From positions 1 to 64,000 of the IMG/VR virus record IMGVR_UViG_3300017971_000213: a DNA stretch of 64,000 bases; one strand, written 5' to 3'. The stretch comes from an uncultured virus (IMG/VR IMGVR_UViG_3300017971_000213) (taxonomy: Duplodnaviria; Heunggongvirae; Uroviricota; Caudoviricetes). The notes below the pieces were generated by a model. The model did not search any database and was not told where the DNA came from. It worked only from the letters and a program-made list of their open reading frames with translations. The stretch's first letter is position 1, and each line of letters opens with the position of its first letter. A program made the translations under genes and the position numbers. Shown piece after piece: positions 27,301 to 38,316 of the stretch.

Positions 27301-30300
27301 CTACACATTCGTCAAGCCGGGAACATACGCCCCCGGACCGAAGAGATGCAGACCCTTGAGCAACACGGAGTGCATCCTGAAATCCCTCAGGTCTCGAACA
27401 CCGCTCACCGACAACCGTAGCTGATGGATGACGTGGCCACCTGCGGGCTGGGTCACGTCGACGTTCTCGTTGCGCTCGATCTCTACCCAGGAAGCGGCCA
27501 AGCACGCCGAAGAGTCTACCCCGGAACGATGCTCGAACTTGATGGTCAGCTCGTTCTGGACGTACATCCTGGCTTCCTGATGAGTCAGGAAGTACTGAGC
27601 ACCCTCCAGGTACTGCGAGGAGTCCATGCTGACCGTAAAGGGATCAACGAACCGCCAGTTGGCCGGAGAGATTTCCCGACGCTCCTCGGGACCTTCGAAG
27701 TAGAGAGAAGCCTGCGCCTGGTCCATGTTCGAACGCCGGTCGAGTGCAGCACGCCGAGTCTCCCTGTTGAAGTACACCGGGACAGTGGCCTCTCGGGTGA
27801 GAACGTTGTGCTCCATCCGGTTCCACAAGAGGTAGTCTGCAAGCCACATGTAGTCCTGGTAGGGACTTCCTAGATCGAGAAGAGGTGTCGTGAGCTGGTA
27901 AACCGGATTGTAGTTCATCGTGTAAGACGACGACGGCTTGTAGTCGGCGGGGTTGATGAACTGGATCTGGTTGGACGAGTTGAACTGCCAGAGATCGTTC
28001 GGTACGGAGATGCCGTCTTCGAACAAGATCGCAGCTACCTGGTCCATGTCAGACTCGTAGAGAAGTGAAGCCGTGTAAGGTGCACCCGCACTGAACGTCA
28101 ACTGCTCCCCTTTTACCGGCAGCAACGACGGAGACAAGAAGGAGTACCGGAACGGCGTCGTAGGGACGATATCCAGGTTGACCAAAGTGGCAACGGAGAA
28201 GTCGGCCTCACCGATAGAGCCGTGCACGTTCACCGGCACTCCGTTAGAGTCGAACTCCGTCACATCGAAGATATCGAGTGACGAATGCGCCGGCATGATG
28301 TCGCGCGTACGACCCTGCTGCACGGTGTTGTCGGTAATGGCGATGGTCTTGGAGGTAGTAACCGCTGGGGGACTGCCGGTGGGCAGCGGCAATAGCGAGT
28401 ACACCACGTCTACCTCGATCTCAGAGCCATCGGGAGCCACCAAGATGTAGCTTCCATCACTGGGGATGGACACCCACCCGGCCCCTGGAGTCCACGACGT
28501 GCCGTAAGGAGTCCACCGGAACCGACGAAGGTCACCCACAGAGTTGTACTCGTACTCGAACGCTCCGTTCCCGGCTGGCGTGTCATCAGAGAGACGAATG
28601 ATCTGGGCACCCGCGAACACCCTCTCGCGGCTCGCCTCCTTGAAGTGCAGACCGAGGTACTTCTGCGTCGTCGTCCGTAGTTCTTCCGGAGACCACGAGA
28701 AGACCAGCTCACCGAAGAACTGTCGGTGCCGATACCGGGGGACGGTGACCTCCCCGAGAGCCCTGGAAGTGATGTACTCGATGTCGATCCGAGGATCATC
28801 CACCGAGACCTCCATCCCTGGAGTTGCCTGAGCCATCTCCACGGACACCAGAACCTCGTTCGGGATCAATCCAGCGGGAATGATCTGCTCTACTTCCACG
28901 TAGGTAGCCTTTTCGATCCCCGTACCGCCAGCATCGGTGGCCACTGGAGTCAATGTGCCTGAACGCCACGTAGCTCCACCGTCGAAGCTGAAGCTCAGAA
29001 CAGCCTGAACAGCGGTGGCGTTGTGGGACAAAATCCACGCGGAGAACTTGGCCTTGAAGCCCTCGTAGTCGTAGAGGAGACCGGAGTTCTTCTGCGGGGA
29101 CAACCCTCCGCGCTCCACCATAGGAGCCGGATACTGAAGGGCGCGACCCCTGAAGTTCACGTAGTCCCCGGCAGCGTCACGGTAGACGTACCTGAAAGCC
29201 GGACACGGGGCCAACGGATGTGTCCTGCCCCGTATCACACGAGAAGGTTCGATCCTGGAAGTTGCTCCCGCACCCCATCCGGTGAGGTACCACGCATCCG
29301 GTGTTTCAGGATCTCCTACCGACGTGTCATCGAAGATATCAACAAGACCTGCCGTGACAACCGCCGGTAGCGCAGAGGTGTCCACAGTCACCCAGGTCCC
29401 CTTCGTCGACGACAGCTGATGTGCTTTCTTGCTGTAGTTGGTCGAGAAAGCGTAGATGAAGCTGACCGTAGAGGACCCGTAGGTGGGGAGATCATCCAGG
29501 AACACGTGCACCGTCAGGGTATGCCCCAGGGCGTCCGTCAGCGTGTAGGTGCCGTCTTCGGTGATCGTCACCCATCCGAGACCGGGTGCCCACGTACCAC
29601 CTGGAGAACCCCATCTCAATCGTTGCACCGGGGGTGTGACGGTCCCGTCGTAGTAGTACTCCAAGGTGGAATCCGTATCGACCCGGATAGCACCCATGAT
29701 GTTACGAAAGGTCACCCCCGCTAGCGTACCCGTAGGCGCAAATACGATGTCACCCGGCTCCACGCCGAAGATCTCGACCGCCGCGTTCAGAGGTCCCGGC
29801 TCGACGCAGACCCAAGGCTTCGTGAACCCGTACGCAAACAGGACCTTGGAGTTGTAGGACGAGAAGATGGTCAAGCCCGCAGCGGCGTTCACAAACGCCA
29901 CTACTTGCGCCACAGACGGAGTAGGGTAGCCGGGGATGGTGCTGAGATCGACCGTAAGGGTACCATTCCCCCAGTTGAGGTAGAGATAACGAGTGGTCGC
30001 GTTCAAGACGAAAGGACCCGCTCGTCCGAGAATAGAAGGCGGATTGGTCTCCACCGGTCCAGGGAGGAACATCTCCCCGTCAACGGCTTTCACCGGAAGA
30101 CCAGGGGTGAACAACGTGCCCCACCGAAGCTCCTGCGTGACAGGGTTGTACTGGAGCGCCATGGAAGGCGCACCGCCGGAAACGTCAGCCTCGGGCGTGC
30201 CGAGAACCACCCCAGGAACGCCAGCACCGCTGTACTGCGAGTACGCCGACCTCTCCAGGAATCGATGATTATCGAGCATCGACTGGTCTAGCACCCAGTT

Positions 30301-30903
30301 CGGCCCCCAGAACCGACGAGTGTATCCGAACGGAGGGATCTGAGTGAACGCGGCTACAGAGGTCTCCAAGCCGCGCACTTTTCCGCCATAGTTTCGATAC
30401 GCATTATGCATCTCGTGCACTACGTACCGATACGTATCGAGGTCCTGACCCAAGTCGTTGTAGACCCCGATATTCTTCCCGAAACGATCCTCGATACCGT
30501 TAATGGTAACCGTCTCGATGGACAGGTCGTCCTTGGCTTCTTGCCAGTCGTCGTCCATCCCCTCGAAGACCTCAGCATAAGCGACATGCCAGATCGCACT
30601 CTCGCGAACGGTGACCCAACTCGGGAGACGACGACCGTTAGCGAGATTCACGAGCAGGAACTCGTTCTCCCCCAGGTTGAGGTGGCGACTGAAAACCACG
30701 TTCCCTTGGCTGTCAGAGGTGACGTGTCCGGAGAAAAACTCGTTGATGTAGAGCCCGAACTGCGTGTTCGGATACGCCGTACGGAGACGAATATCCGTGT
30801 TCCCGTGCCGGTAGGGAATGATGGTACCCTTGGCCTCGTAGAAGGGACCATCGATGACAGCCTTGACCAGCTCAGCGTACCTGTTCACACCTTCGAGAGC
30901 CAT
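27301..30903 (-). CDS. large baseplate/tail-associated structural protein
   Basis: 1200 aa, beta-rich, downstream of the baseplate J-like gene. Contains repeated modules shared with the tailspike and sheath. Confidence 0.6.
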   Translation of the reverse strand: MALEGVNRYAELVKAVIDGPFYEAKGTIIPYRHGNTDIRLRTAYPNTQFGLYINEFFSGHVTSDSQGNVVFSRHLNLGENEFLLVNLANGRRLPSWVTVRESAIWHVAYAEVFEGMDDDWQEAKDDLSIETVTINGIEDRFGKNIGVYNDLGQDLDTYRYVVHEMHNAYRNYGGKVRGLETSVAAFTQIPPFGYTRRFWGPNWVLDQSMLDNHRFLERSAYSQYSGAGVPGVVLGTPEADVSGGAPSMALQYNPVTQELRWGTLFTPGLPVKAVDGEMFLPGPVETNPPSILGRAGPFVLNATTRYLYLNWGNGTLTVDLSTIPGYPTPSVAQVVAFVNAAAGLTIFSSYNSKVLFAYGFTKPWVCVEPGPLNAAVEIFGVEPGDIVFAPTGTLAGVTFRNIMGAIRVDTDSTLEYYYDGTVTPPVQRLRWGSPGGTWAPGLGWVTITEDGTYTLTDALGHTLTVHVFLDDLPTYGSSTVSFIYAFSTNYSKKAHQLSSTKGTWVTVDTSALPAVVTAGLVDIFDDTSVGDPETPDAWYLTGWGAGATSRIEPSRVIRGRTHPLAPCPAFRYVYRDAAGDYVNFRGRALQYPAPMVERGGLSPQKNSGLLYDYEGFKAKFSAWILSHNATAVQAVLSFSFDGGATWRSGTLTPVATDAGGTGIEKATYVEVEQIIPAGLIPNEVLVSVEMAQATPGMEVSVDDPRIDIEYITSRALGEVTVPRYRHRQFFGELVFSWSPEELRTTTQKYLGLHFKEASRERVFAGAQIIRLSDDTPAGNGAFEYEYNSVGDLRRFRWTPYGTSWTPGAGWVSIPSDGSYILVAPDGSEIEVDVVYSLLPLPTGSPPAVTTSKTIAITDNTVQQGRTRDIMPAHSSLDIFDVTEFDSNGVPVNVHGSIGEADFSVATLVNLDIVPTTPFRYSFLSPSLLPVKGEQLTFSAGAPYTASLLYESDMDQVAAILFEDGISVPNDLWQFNSSNQIQFINPADYKPSSSYTMNYNPVYQLTTPLLDLGSPYQDYMWLADYLLWNRMEHNVLTREATVPVYFNRETRRAALDRRSNMDQAQASLYFEGPEERREISPANWRFVDPFTVSMDSSQYLEGAQYFLTHQEARMYVQNELTIKFEHRSGVDSSACLAASWVEIERNENVDVTQPAGGHVIHQLRLSVSGVRDLRDFRMHSVLLKGLHLFGPGAYVPGLTNV

Positions 30904-30905
30904 CT

Positions 30906-31907
30906 CTAGTATCCTCCACCGAGACCCTTCGACGCATCACTGGGAGTGACGAGCTGGGTATCGTTCACGATGTCCATCTCTACCCCGGATTGAGCGCTGT
31001 TGATCGATCTCAAGCCGTCCACATAGTAGTACCTGTACGAATCCCTGGAGGTGGCCTTGTCGTTACCCACAACGGAGACGTCCACCTCCCCCTCGTAGGC
31101 CGCCGACTGCCACGCATCGTCCCGGCTCGCCGGCACCAGACCGCGTACTCGTTTATCGGAGACCACCACAGTGTCATGCACAGGCTGGTTCTGAAAAACC
31201 GCGAACGGTCTGTAGTAGAACCACTCCACACGAGCCACGTCGACGTCGTAAGAAGCTGACCCGTTGAAAGAGTAGATGACGAAATGCGCTGGGTTAACGA
31301 TGTACCTCACAGAGCGCATCACTACCGAACCGTTCGCGATGAAGTACACGTCGGTTCCCCAACGCAGTATCTTGAACATCGAGAGACCGGTCGTCCAGGG
31401 AAGCTCGATCTTCAACAGATCTACCGGAGAGCCTCCGACGTAGACTCCACATTCCAGACGAAGGTTCCCTTCATCTGAGAGATAGACAACCATGGCCGCG
31501 AAGTTAGAAGAGTCCACAAACAGGTTGAGGGCAAACAGAGCGACATTGCTCGAAGGGTTCGCAGTCGGAGCAGACAAGGACATACGGACTTCACCTTGGG
31601 TATCGCCCCACTGCTTCACCGACTGAACACCAGCGATGCTTGCCGGAGTAGTTCCGGTGGACATCTGCAAGTGATCGGCCCCTACCGTGATCGAACCGCT
31701 CCCCGTCGAAGCGTCCGTCCACTTGAGGGGGTCAAGAACCGCTCCAGTGAAGTAGTCATCCCACTGACGAGGATCGAACCCCTCACCGAGGATGACGAAG
31801 CGGTTACCTCCCGGAGCAGGGCCTTCGAGAGGGTCCACCGAGTGAACCACGGCCTGCGGGCCGTACAGGACCCCGCTACCGTACTTGAATAGCTGATAGT
31901 AGCCCAT
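30906..31907 (-). CDS. baseplate-associated protein, IPT/TIG-like Ig fold with inserted beta-sandwich
   Basis: VHSVDPLEGPAPGGNRFVILGEGF at the start and VVSDKRVRGLVPA...GEVDVSV near the end are IPT/TIG hallmarks. Confidence 0.6.
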   Translation of the reverse strand: MGYYQLFKYGSGVLYGPQAVVHSVDPLEGPAPGGNRFVILGEGFDPRQWDDYFTGAVLDPLKWTDASTGSGSITVGADHLQMSTGTTPASIAGVQSVKQWGDTQGEVRMSLSAPTANPSSNVALFALNLFVDSSNFAAMVVYLSDEGNLRLECGVYVGGSPVDLLKIELPWTTGLSMFKILRWGTDVYFIANGSVVMRSVRYIVNPAHFVIYSFNGSASYDVDVARVEWFYYRPFAVFQNQPVHDTVVVSDKRVRGLVPASRDDAWQSAAYEGEVDVSVVGNDKATSRDSYRYYYVDGLRSINSAQSGVEMDIVNDTQLVTPSDASKGLGGGY

Positions 31908-33337
31908 TACGACACCAAGCTGACCACGAGGTCTGCGTCCTCGATGAAAGCGTGTTCGTATGGTCCGATTTCGATGTCCGACACCCCCGTACCGTCTTTC
32001 TCAGCCAAGGTCACGTAGACCCAGTTGTCCACACCGAAGATCTCAGCCACCTGAGCATCGATATCAAACTCCTCCAGATTCTCCCCAAGCTTCAACCCGT
32101 TGATGTAGCTGATGACGCGCTCCCTGACCAAGTTGAGGACCGTAGTCGGGTTACCCGACTTCACCTTCAGTTCCGCCTCGATCTCCACCAGCTTCGGCTG
32201 CGCCCACCGGAACAAGACGTCGGAGCCCATCACGAAGTACTCGGGCTGCGTGTAGTAAGAAGTGACGATGGTGATCATCGAGTTGTAGTTGTAGACAATC
32301 CGCAACGGGTCCCCGAGAGCAGGTGCCGTCCCTCCAAGGATGAACCGGATACCGTCCTGACCCCGGTCGCTGTAGGCGTAGATCCCTTCCCCGGTGACGA
32401 CTTCGTAGTCAGTCCCTTCGGTATACACGGTCACGCCGCTCGAAACCGTCAAGACCGACATCAACGGTTGCTTGGGAACCGGTATCAGCTCCCCCAGACC
32501 GGGATAGGTAGTGTCGAACGTGTCGTTGAGGGGAGCCTCTGCCATCAGCCAGACGTCGACTGCCCCGGCGTCGTCGGTATGCCGGGTCAGGTTGACGTCA
32601 TTGCCGTACACAACATACACATCCTCGATATTGTTAAAGTTGTCCAACCCAAAAAGCGACAAACCCGCCGGAGTCGACCCCTGATTCCCCCGCACTTGCA
32701 TCAAGTAGCGCTCAGCAAGATCGCTATTGGTTTCTCGACCAAGACCACTGGTGGTGGCTTCCTTATTCGTCACGTACTCGAACGAAGAAAACGCACGGCG
32801 AAATTGAACAATCGTGTTCGCCCCCACCATCGAAGCTTCTCCGGCGAGAACACTCGCCACCGCAACATCAATTTCGTACCTCTCGGTCGCGGCGTTGTAA
32901 TAGCTAGACGAGGGGACAGTCAGAGGACCGTACATCACCGCTGACTCAATCGTCCTGAAGTTGATGACGTTCCCCGTCTGAGGGTTTGCTGTCGTAGCCA
33001 AAGGGAAATTGACGGGTATATGGATATCAGTCGTCGGAGGCTGAAGTCGGGAAAACGTCACTGTGGTCACTGCCGGAGAACCAGACCAGCGGATCATCCC
33101 TTCGTTGAACACAAACGCGTCCAGATCATCCGGGTTGAAGCGCTCCGCGTACCTCATGCTCATCAGCTGGCTGAGATAGACGGTGTTGTCGTGCATGTCC
33201 TTCATCACCGACGCCGGAGGGGTGACGAAGAGGTCCTTGACCGGACCTATCGAAGTGTCGAGGTTACCATCCCTCGCTGCCGCTGCATCGGAGATCTCAC
33301 CTTCGAACTGAGCTACTGTTTTTCGTTGAATAACCAT
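31907..33337 (-). CDS. baseplate J-like wedge protein
   Basis: LDAFVFNEGMIR...A...VTF, VTNKEATTSGLGRETNSDLAER, AGAVDVW, YINGLKLGE. Confidence 0.85.
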   Translation of the reverse strand: MVIQRKTVAQFEGEISDAAAARDGNLDTSIGPVKDLFVTPPASVMKDMHDNTVYLSQLMSMRYAERFNPDDLDAFVFNEGMIRWSGSPAVTTVTFSRLQPPTTDIHIPVNFPLATTANPQTGNVINFRTIESAVMYGPLTVPSSSYYNAATERYEIDVAVASVLAGEASMVGANTIVQFRRAFSSFEYVTNKEATTSGLGRETNSDLAERYLMQVRGNQGSTPAGLSLFGLDNFNNIEDVYVVYGNDVNLTRHTDDAGAVDVWLMAEAPLNDTFDTTYPGLGELIPVPKQPLMSVLTVSSGVTVYTEGTDYEVVTGEGIYAYSDRGQDGIRFILGGTAPALGDPLRIVYNYNSMITIVTSYYTQPEYFVMGSDVLFRWAQPKLVEIEAELKVKSGNPTTVLNLVRERVISYINGLKLGENLEEFDIDAQVAEIFGVDNWVYVTLAEKDGTGVSDIEIGPYEHAFIEDADLVVSLVS

Positions 33338-33340
33338 GAT

Positions 33341-33778
33341 CTACCTCGTAGTACCCCCCAAAGAAAAATTAGGAAGATTACCCAACGTGTAAAAATCTAC
33401 ACGCCAACGGAAATTGCGAGGATCAGTCTCATCGCCCCACACCTGTATAGGCGAGAATGAATCCAGCAGCTCTCTGTAGGTACGCCGACTATACTGTTTG
33501 TGGCGCTGAGTCCACTGATACCGATTCAGGGAGTTCCTAAGGAGAGTCTGGAACTGGAACAACGCAGGCATGCTCCAACCCAGCTCGGGCTCCCCATCTA
33601 CGGCCCTCCCGACGACACGATTGAGCCCGGCACCGATCCCATCAGCGCGCACCCCCGTAGTGAGCACCATCCGACATTCCTGGCGTAGCTTCTCCTCGCC
33701 CGTGATAGTCTCGTACCCGTTGTTATCGTGGTACCGAACGATGTCACCATTTTCGATTTTCAGAGTCCAACTCATCAC
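33341..33778 (-). CDS. baseplate wedge gp25/W-like protein
   Basis: LKIENGDIV...ITGEEKLRQ...VLTT; size and position directly before the J-like gene. Confidence 0.65.
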   Translation of the reverse strand: MMSWTLKIENGDIVRYHDNNGYETITGEEKLRQECRMVLTTGVRADGIGAGLNRVVGRAVDGEPELGWSMPALFQFQTLLRNSLNRYQWTQRHKQYSRRTYRELLDSFSPIQVWGDETDPRNFRWRVDFYTLGNLPNFSLGGTTR

Positions 33779-34275
33779 GGCACCGCCGATGCTGCTTCCA
33801 TCATGGCCCAGTAATGAGCGTCATCGACAGACTCTACTAGGGCCACGAGTTCGTTCTTGATACCCTCCCAGTACTGAAGAAGCACTTCCAGCTCGTCCGT
33901 GAAGGATACCACGTTCTTGTACCGTTCCCTCCAGACCGTGAGCGCAGACGTTGCGGTGTCGAACAGCAACAGCGCAGGGTCGGTGATCATCTGGTAGAAC
34001 TCCGGGCACAGTTCTTTCAAAGGGCCGTCCGGTATGTTCGTCAACGCGTCCCTGACCTGATCAATGATCGTCTGGACAATCGCCCACGCAGCCTCCTCCA
34101 GAGCCTTCAAGATGTCGAACTGCGCCAACCAAGCCACGAGCCACTGAATCTGTAGATCGATGTACTCGATGATGGCCAACAAGATGGCCTTCAGCGCCTC
34201 AAGCAGAGGAGCCACCTGTGCGTAGAGCCATCTCAAGATGCACAACGCGATAGTCCCTGCGCCTGTTAGAGCCAT
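33775..34275 (-). CDS. hypothetical helical protein in the baseplate cluster
   Basis: 166-aa amphipathic helical ORF between the spike and gp25-like genes. Confidence 0.6.
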   Translation of the reverse strand: MALTGAGTIALCILRWLYAQVAPLLEALKAILLAIIEYIDLQIQWLVAWLAQFDILKALEEAAWAIVQTIIDQVRDALTNIPDGPLKELCPEFYQMITDPALLLFDTATSALTVWRERYKNVVSFTDELEVLLQYWEGIKNELVALVESVDDAHYWAMMEAASAVP

Positions 34276-34284
34276 CCTGTCCTC

Positions 34285-35802
34285 CTACAACGTCATCGAC
34301 TTCGTGGACAACGTACCGCTCAAGGCAGACAACAAGGTCTGCGCCGCTGTAGCCAATGTCTGGAAAGGAACAGACAGTGGCGTCAAGGGCGGAGATGATG
34401 TCGCCGTAGAAAGCGCCTGGAACGTCGTCGCCGTGAGAGTCAAGTATGCCGTCAACGCCGTGTTGAAAGTAGTACCCTTGATCAGCGGCTCTACCGCACC
34501 TGTTCCGAGCTGCAAAAGAGGAGCTTCGAAAGTCAAGTTGCCCAGACAAGTCACCACGGCAGGGCTTGCCCCAAGACTGATCGACCCCGACGCTAGGGAG
34601 ATCGAAGGTGCCGTAAGAGTCATCGCCCCTGCGGAAGTGAGGTCCATGACGCCACCAGCAGTAAGACCTAGAAGACCGCCCACGGTTATGTCCCCGAGAC
34701 CGCCAACAGCGACCCCGTAGTCACCACCCACATTCAAGGAGTACGAACCCCCAACAGTCAAATCGTAGGTCCCCGTCGAAGTCCAGCTCGTAGAGGTGTT
34801 GAGAACAGTCCACGTCGAGACCGGGGTGAACCATTGGAAACCGGTAACCAACGGAGCGGAGACTCCGTAGTTCCCCAGATTGTCTACAAGTTCCGTCCAC
34901 AAGGCAACCTGGCCCGTCGCGTCGTCAAAAGTACGACGAAGAACGCGCGTAGCGGTGCCGGTCATGGCCACCGATAGGTCCGGAGAAAAGACTTGGGGAC
35001 CAACGATCTGCTTAGTCGTGTCGTCGACAACCTGACCCTCGGAGGTACGCACCATCAGGAGACCGTTTTGGTCCACAGAAGTCAGCGAAGCGCGCCTAAT
35101 GTAGTTGGTGTGCTCCTGCCCGACATTGCCAGCGCCCGGAGTGACCAAATCGTAGATGTAGCTCTCCTGGGAATCCACGCCGGGAACGAGGATGCGCCGG
35201 GCCGACCCAGCCCTGATCTCGGAAGAGTCTCCGTACCGGGTGTGCACGAGGTCGGATTGGATGCGTACCTCGCCGTTAGGCTTATCGAGAGTCACCGAGT
35301 GGGGACCTGCTGTCAGGGACGCTCGGTCCCCCAAGTAGAGAGCGCAATTCCGCGCGCTCTTGAACGACCAGTCCCCCGGACGTAGCCGCTTACCCGAAGC
35401 ATCCCCCCACCCGATGCCGCCCCTCTCTTCGTTAGCGTCATCGTACCTCTTAAAAGCAGAAAAATCTATCGTGTGGTAGCTAAGGGAGAACGCATTCCCC
35501 ATTGCGTCGAAACCCACCAACAGGGTATCGCCTATCTGGGGTAGATAGACACCCCACGAAGAACGAAGATAGTTCTTGTCCGTATCACTTTGCTTCGGAG
35601 GGAAAGACCACCCCGCAAGAGGTATCGGGACTTCAGGACGCGGATGACCCCCTCCTTTCAGGAACTCCACGCTCACCGTACCACGCTCCAAGTGCAAGTC
35701 CTTTACACGAACCATATGTATGGTTGAGTAAAACTCCCGGTAAAGACGTCTTTCCTCCAAGATCGGAGAAGTACTGGGATTCATGTTGGAGCGGCCAGAC
35801 AT
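34285..35802 (-). CDS. baseplate central spike (gpV/gp5-like)
   Basis: OB-fold-like N terminus (GTVSVEF...LPQIGDTLLVGF) and (LTVGG)-type beta repeats near the C terminus. Confidence 0.75.
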   Translation of the reverse strand: MSGRSNMNPSTSPILEERRLYREFYSTIHMVRVKDLHLERGTVSVEFLKGGGHPRPEVPIPLAGWSFPPKQSDTDKNYLRSSWGVYLPQIGDTLLVGFDAMGNAFSLSYHTIDFSAFKRYDDANEERGGIGWGDASGKRLRPGDWSFKSARNCALYLGDRASLTAGPHSVTLDKPNGEVRIQSDLVHTRYGDSSEIRAGSARRILVPGVDSQESYIYDLVTPGAGNVGQEHTNYIRRASLTSVDQNGLLMVRTSEGQVVDDTTKQIVGPQVFSPDLSVAMTGTATRVLRRTFDDATGQVALWTELVDNLGNYGVSAPLVTGFQWFTPVSTWTVLNTSTSWTSTGTYDLTVGGSYSLNVGGDYGVAVGGLGDITVGGLLGLTAGGVMDLTSAGAMTLTAPSISLASGSISLGASPAVVTCLGNLTFEAPLLQLGTGAVEPLIKGTTFNTALTAYLTLTATTFQALSTATSSPPLTPLSVPFQTLATAAQTLLSALSGTLSTKSMTL

Positions 35803-35805
35803 TTT

Positions 35806-38316
35806 CTAACCCTTCGCGTTCTCTGACAAAAGCCTCGCGTAGTTGAACGGCGTCTCTCCTCCGAAATGCTGAAAGTCCTCTAGCTTAGGGGAAGTCCCTT
35901 CCTTGTAGACGCCTTTCCACCCCCTAGCCAGATTAACGTTAACCGTCGTATCGCAAGCGCTGTTGACGACCATGCTGTGCTGACAACTAACGATATTCGC
36001 CACGTAGTTCCTCTGCCTCCAGTACAACGGACGGTTCACCATGAGTCCAAAATGAGGGAGAGTCTGTAACCCGATATTACGAGCCTCCGCATTCGTCTTC
36101 CTTAGCTCCACCGCAGCAAAAAGACGGGCAGCCTCTTCAGAAGTGACCTCCGTCCAAGGACCTTTATCAGCTGCGGGGCGTACACCAAGCAGAGGAACAA
36201 GGCCGTGGGCTGCCGCCCACTGAAAGCGCCGAGAGTTGATGTCGTTGGCCTCTTCAACACGAGCGATGTTGTTCGGAGCTATTCGAGCCAACGTCTTGAG
36301 ACCGTTATCGTTCAGCGAACTGCTGAAACCGAAGGTTTCGTGACGGTTAATAGTAAAGTAGTCAGAATAGTTAAAATTCTGCGCGTTGTAGGAACCACCG
36401 AACCCCTCCAACGTGAGCTGAAGATCCGAAGACAGCTCCATCATCTCCAAAATATCAGACTCCGTGTAGTCCCCGCTCGCAGCAGACCACTCCGACACCC
36501 ATTCACGAAGCGGCTTCTCCCCTTCCTTTCGCAAACCCTGCAAACCTGCACGACCTTCGATCTCCGCATTCGTGATATGGGAGTCCTCTCCATCGAACAT
36601 CCAAGGATCGAAATCGTAGAAAGGCATCTCGAAAACAAGGTCCCCCCTACCTGTGGAGTAAAAACAGAACTGAATCTGCTCCGCCAAATCGTAAATGTAG
36701 GTAAGACGGTCACGAAAATCGGAATGGAGATCCCCCTGAGCCCCACTAACCATCTCGTTCATTACGCCTGCGGAGAGACCGAGACCCAGACGCGTCGGGG
36801 CCACGTAAAACACACGACCACCCCCTACTGGATAGGTGTCTATGTCCGACCCAATGATGCTGACAACGTCCACCACGCCGAGACCGTCAGAATTAGGGGC
36901 GGAGGTCTCGTCGGCAGCCATATCGGTTAGATCGTCAACACGAACCCGACTGTGCAACATGTCGTTGAGCTGACGCAGATTCCCCATCGTGATCGGACTT
37001 CCTGTGGCCTTCTCTAAACCGTCTAGCTCGGCGTCCCCGATGTAATATGCGTACACCCCCTTGGACTCTTCTTTGCGCTTAAACGTTACCCCGTGAGGAG
37101 CATACACCGGAGGGAAGAAGGACCCCTGGAACCTACTCTGCTTAGCGCCAATCAGGTACTCTTCCAAGGATGACCGCCGTTGAGTATCGGTCATCTTGTT
37201 GATTTCATCCAAACTCTTATAAACACCGTGCTTCTGAAGGAAGACCTGCACCTCTGAGTCACTGAAAGCCTCTACAGCCCGATTGGTCAACTCAGTCATG
37301 ACCCCCTCGTAGGCTTCCTTACCGAAGAAGAGCATCTCCAGAATCTCGTACGCAGTAAAATGAGCAAATAGCTCCTGATACGCAACCCAGTTCAACGCGG
37401 CTACGTCGCCCGCACCCTCGAACGCAGGATCAAACTTGAAGATCTCCTGAATGCTCTTGTCGAGCCCAGCGTCTACGTTGAGCTGGAAATAAGAGTACCG
37501 AAGTGTTTTACTGACGTCAGTCCCTACGATAGTAACCGTGGACTCCTGATTCACCCCAACGTCTTCGGTGAAACCGTCTACAAAGCCGGAAAACATCCAG
37601 TACCATATGGTCGGGACAAAAGGATCGCGAAACGCAATTCTTATAGGATCGTTCGGATGGAAGATGCAGTCACCTTCAGTAAAAGGGTACGTGTATATGT
37701 AATCTTCCAAAAAAATAGGAAACGCGTCCCAATCCTCTCCCAAGGCGTCTATGACCTTCTGAGACTCCGGGGCATACTGCGTGGCCTTCTTTTCCACTAC
37801 CGTCTTCTTTATGGAATCGGGGACAGAACCCTCCTCCCAGTTCTCCTGGAACCAACCCGAGGCAGCTCTCAACTCGTCATTGAATGCGCTAACCACGTCC
37901 ACAAAAGACTGCCCCACCTGCTCATTGGCGAATGCCCCAAAAAAAGCCTCTAGTACATCTACGTCCTCCCCCGCTTCGTCGCGAAAGTACTGCTGCAACC
38001 CTGCGAAGAGGGTAACGTTGTCTTTAAGGTAGTTGACAAGCTGTTCCCGGCTGTCGCTAAGCGCAACCATATCGGTATGATCGATGATGTATTTGTCCAA
38101 CGGGTTATGCAGAGTGATTGAACACGTAGAAGGAGCGCGATCCATGCTGCCCCCGGATTGGTTGACACGCACGTCTATAACGTCCCCCGACACCTCCTGC
38201 CCGTAAATGAAAACACGGAACGCCGGAAAAGCGGCGCGGTAGATGCCTTCTTGAGACGAGAGGACCGACTGCTCCGTCCAGAGTTTTTCACCCAGTTTAC
38301 CCAGTTCAACCATCAC
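35806..38316 (-). CDS. baseplate hub protein (gp27/gpD-like) with large insertions
   Basis: FRVFIYGQEV...CSITLHN, FSGFVD, GTDVSK, FYSTGRGDLVFEMP, and a C-terminal NIVSCQHSM...DTTVNV. Confidence 0.7.
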   Translation of the reverse strand: MMVELGKLGEKLWTEQSVLSSQEGIYRAAFPAFRVFIYGQEVSGDVIDVRVNQSGGSMDRAPSTCSITLHNPLDKYIIDHTDMVALSDSREQLVNYLKDNVTLFAGLQQYFRDEAGEDVDVLEAFFGAFANEQVGQSFVDVVSAFNDELRAASGWFQENWEEGSVPDSIKKTVVEKKATQYAPESQKVIDALGEDWDAFPIFLEDYIYTYPFTEGDCIFHPNDPIRIAFRDPFVPTIWYWMFSGFVDGFTEDVGVNQESTVTIVGTDVSKTLRYSYFQLNVDAGLDKSIQEIFKFDPAFEGAGDVAALNWVAYQELFAHFTAYEILEMLFFGKEAYEGVMTELTNRAVEAFSDSEVQVFLQKHGVYKSLDEINKMTDTQRRSSLEEYLIGAKQSRFQGSFFPPVYAPHGVTFKRKEESKGVYAYYIGDAELDGLEKATGSPITMGNLRQLNDMLHSRVRVDDLTDMAADETSAPNSDGLGVVDVVSIIGSDIDTYPVGGGRVFYVAPTRLGLGLSAGVMNEMVSGAQGDLHSDFRDRLTYIYDLAEQIQFCFYSTGRGDLVFEMPFYDFDPWMFDGEDSHITNAEIEGRAGLQGLRKEGEKPLREWVSEWSAASGDYTESDILEMMELSSDLQLTLEGFGGSYNAQNFNYSDYFTINRHETFGFSSSLNDNGLKTLARIAPNNIARVEEANDINSRRFQWAAAHGLVPLLGVRPAADKGPWTEVTSEEAARLFAAVELRKTNAEARNIGLQTLPHFGLMVNRPLYWRQRNYVANIVSCQHSMVVNSACDTTVNVNLARGWKGVYKEGTSPKLEDFQHFGGETPFNYARLLSENAKG

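Noticed and set aside
27123..27308. 61-aa hydrophobic ORF before the tailspike gene
   Set aside because: No clear SD, and it overlaps the promoter motif. The hydrophobicity may only reflect a T-rich intergenic tract. Not excluded.
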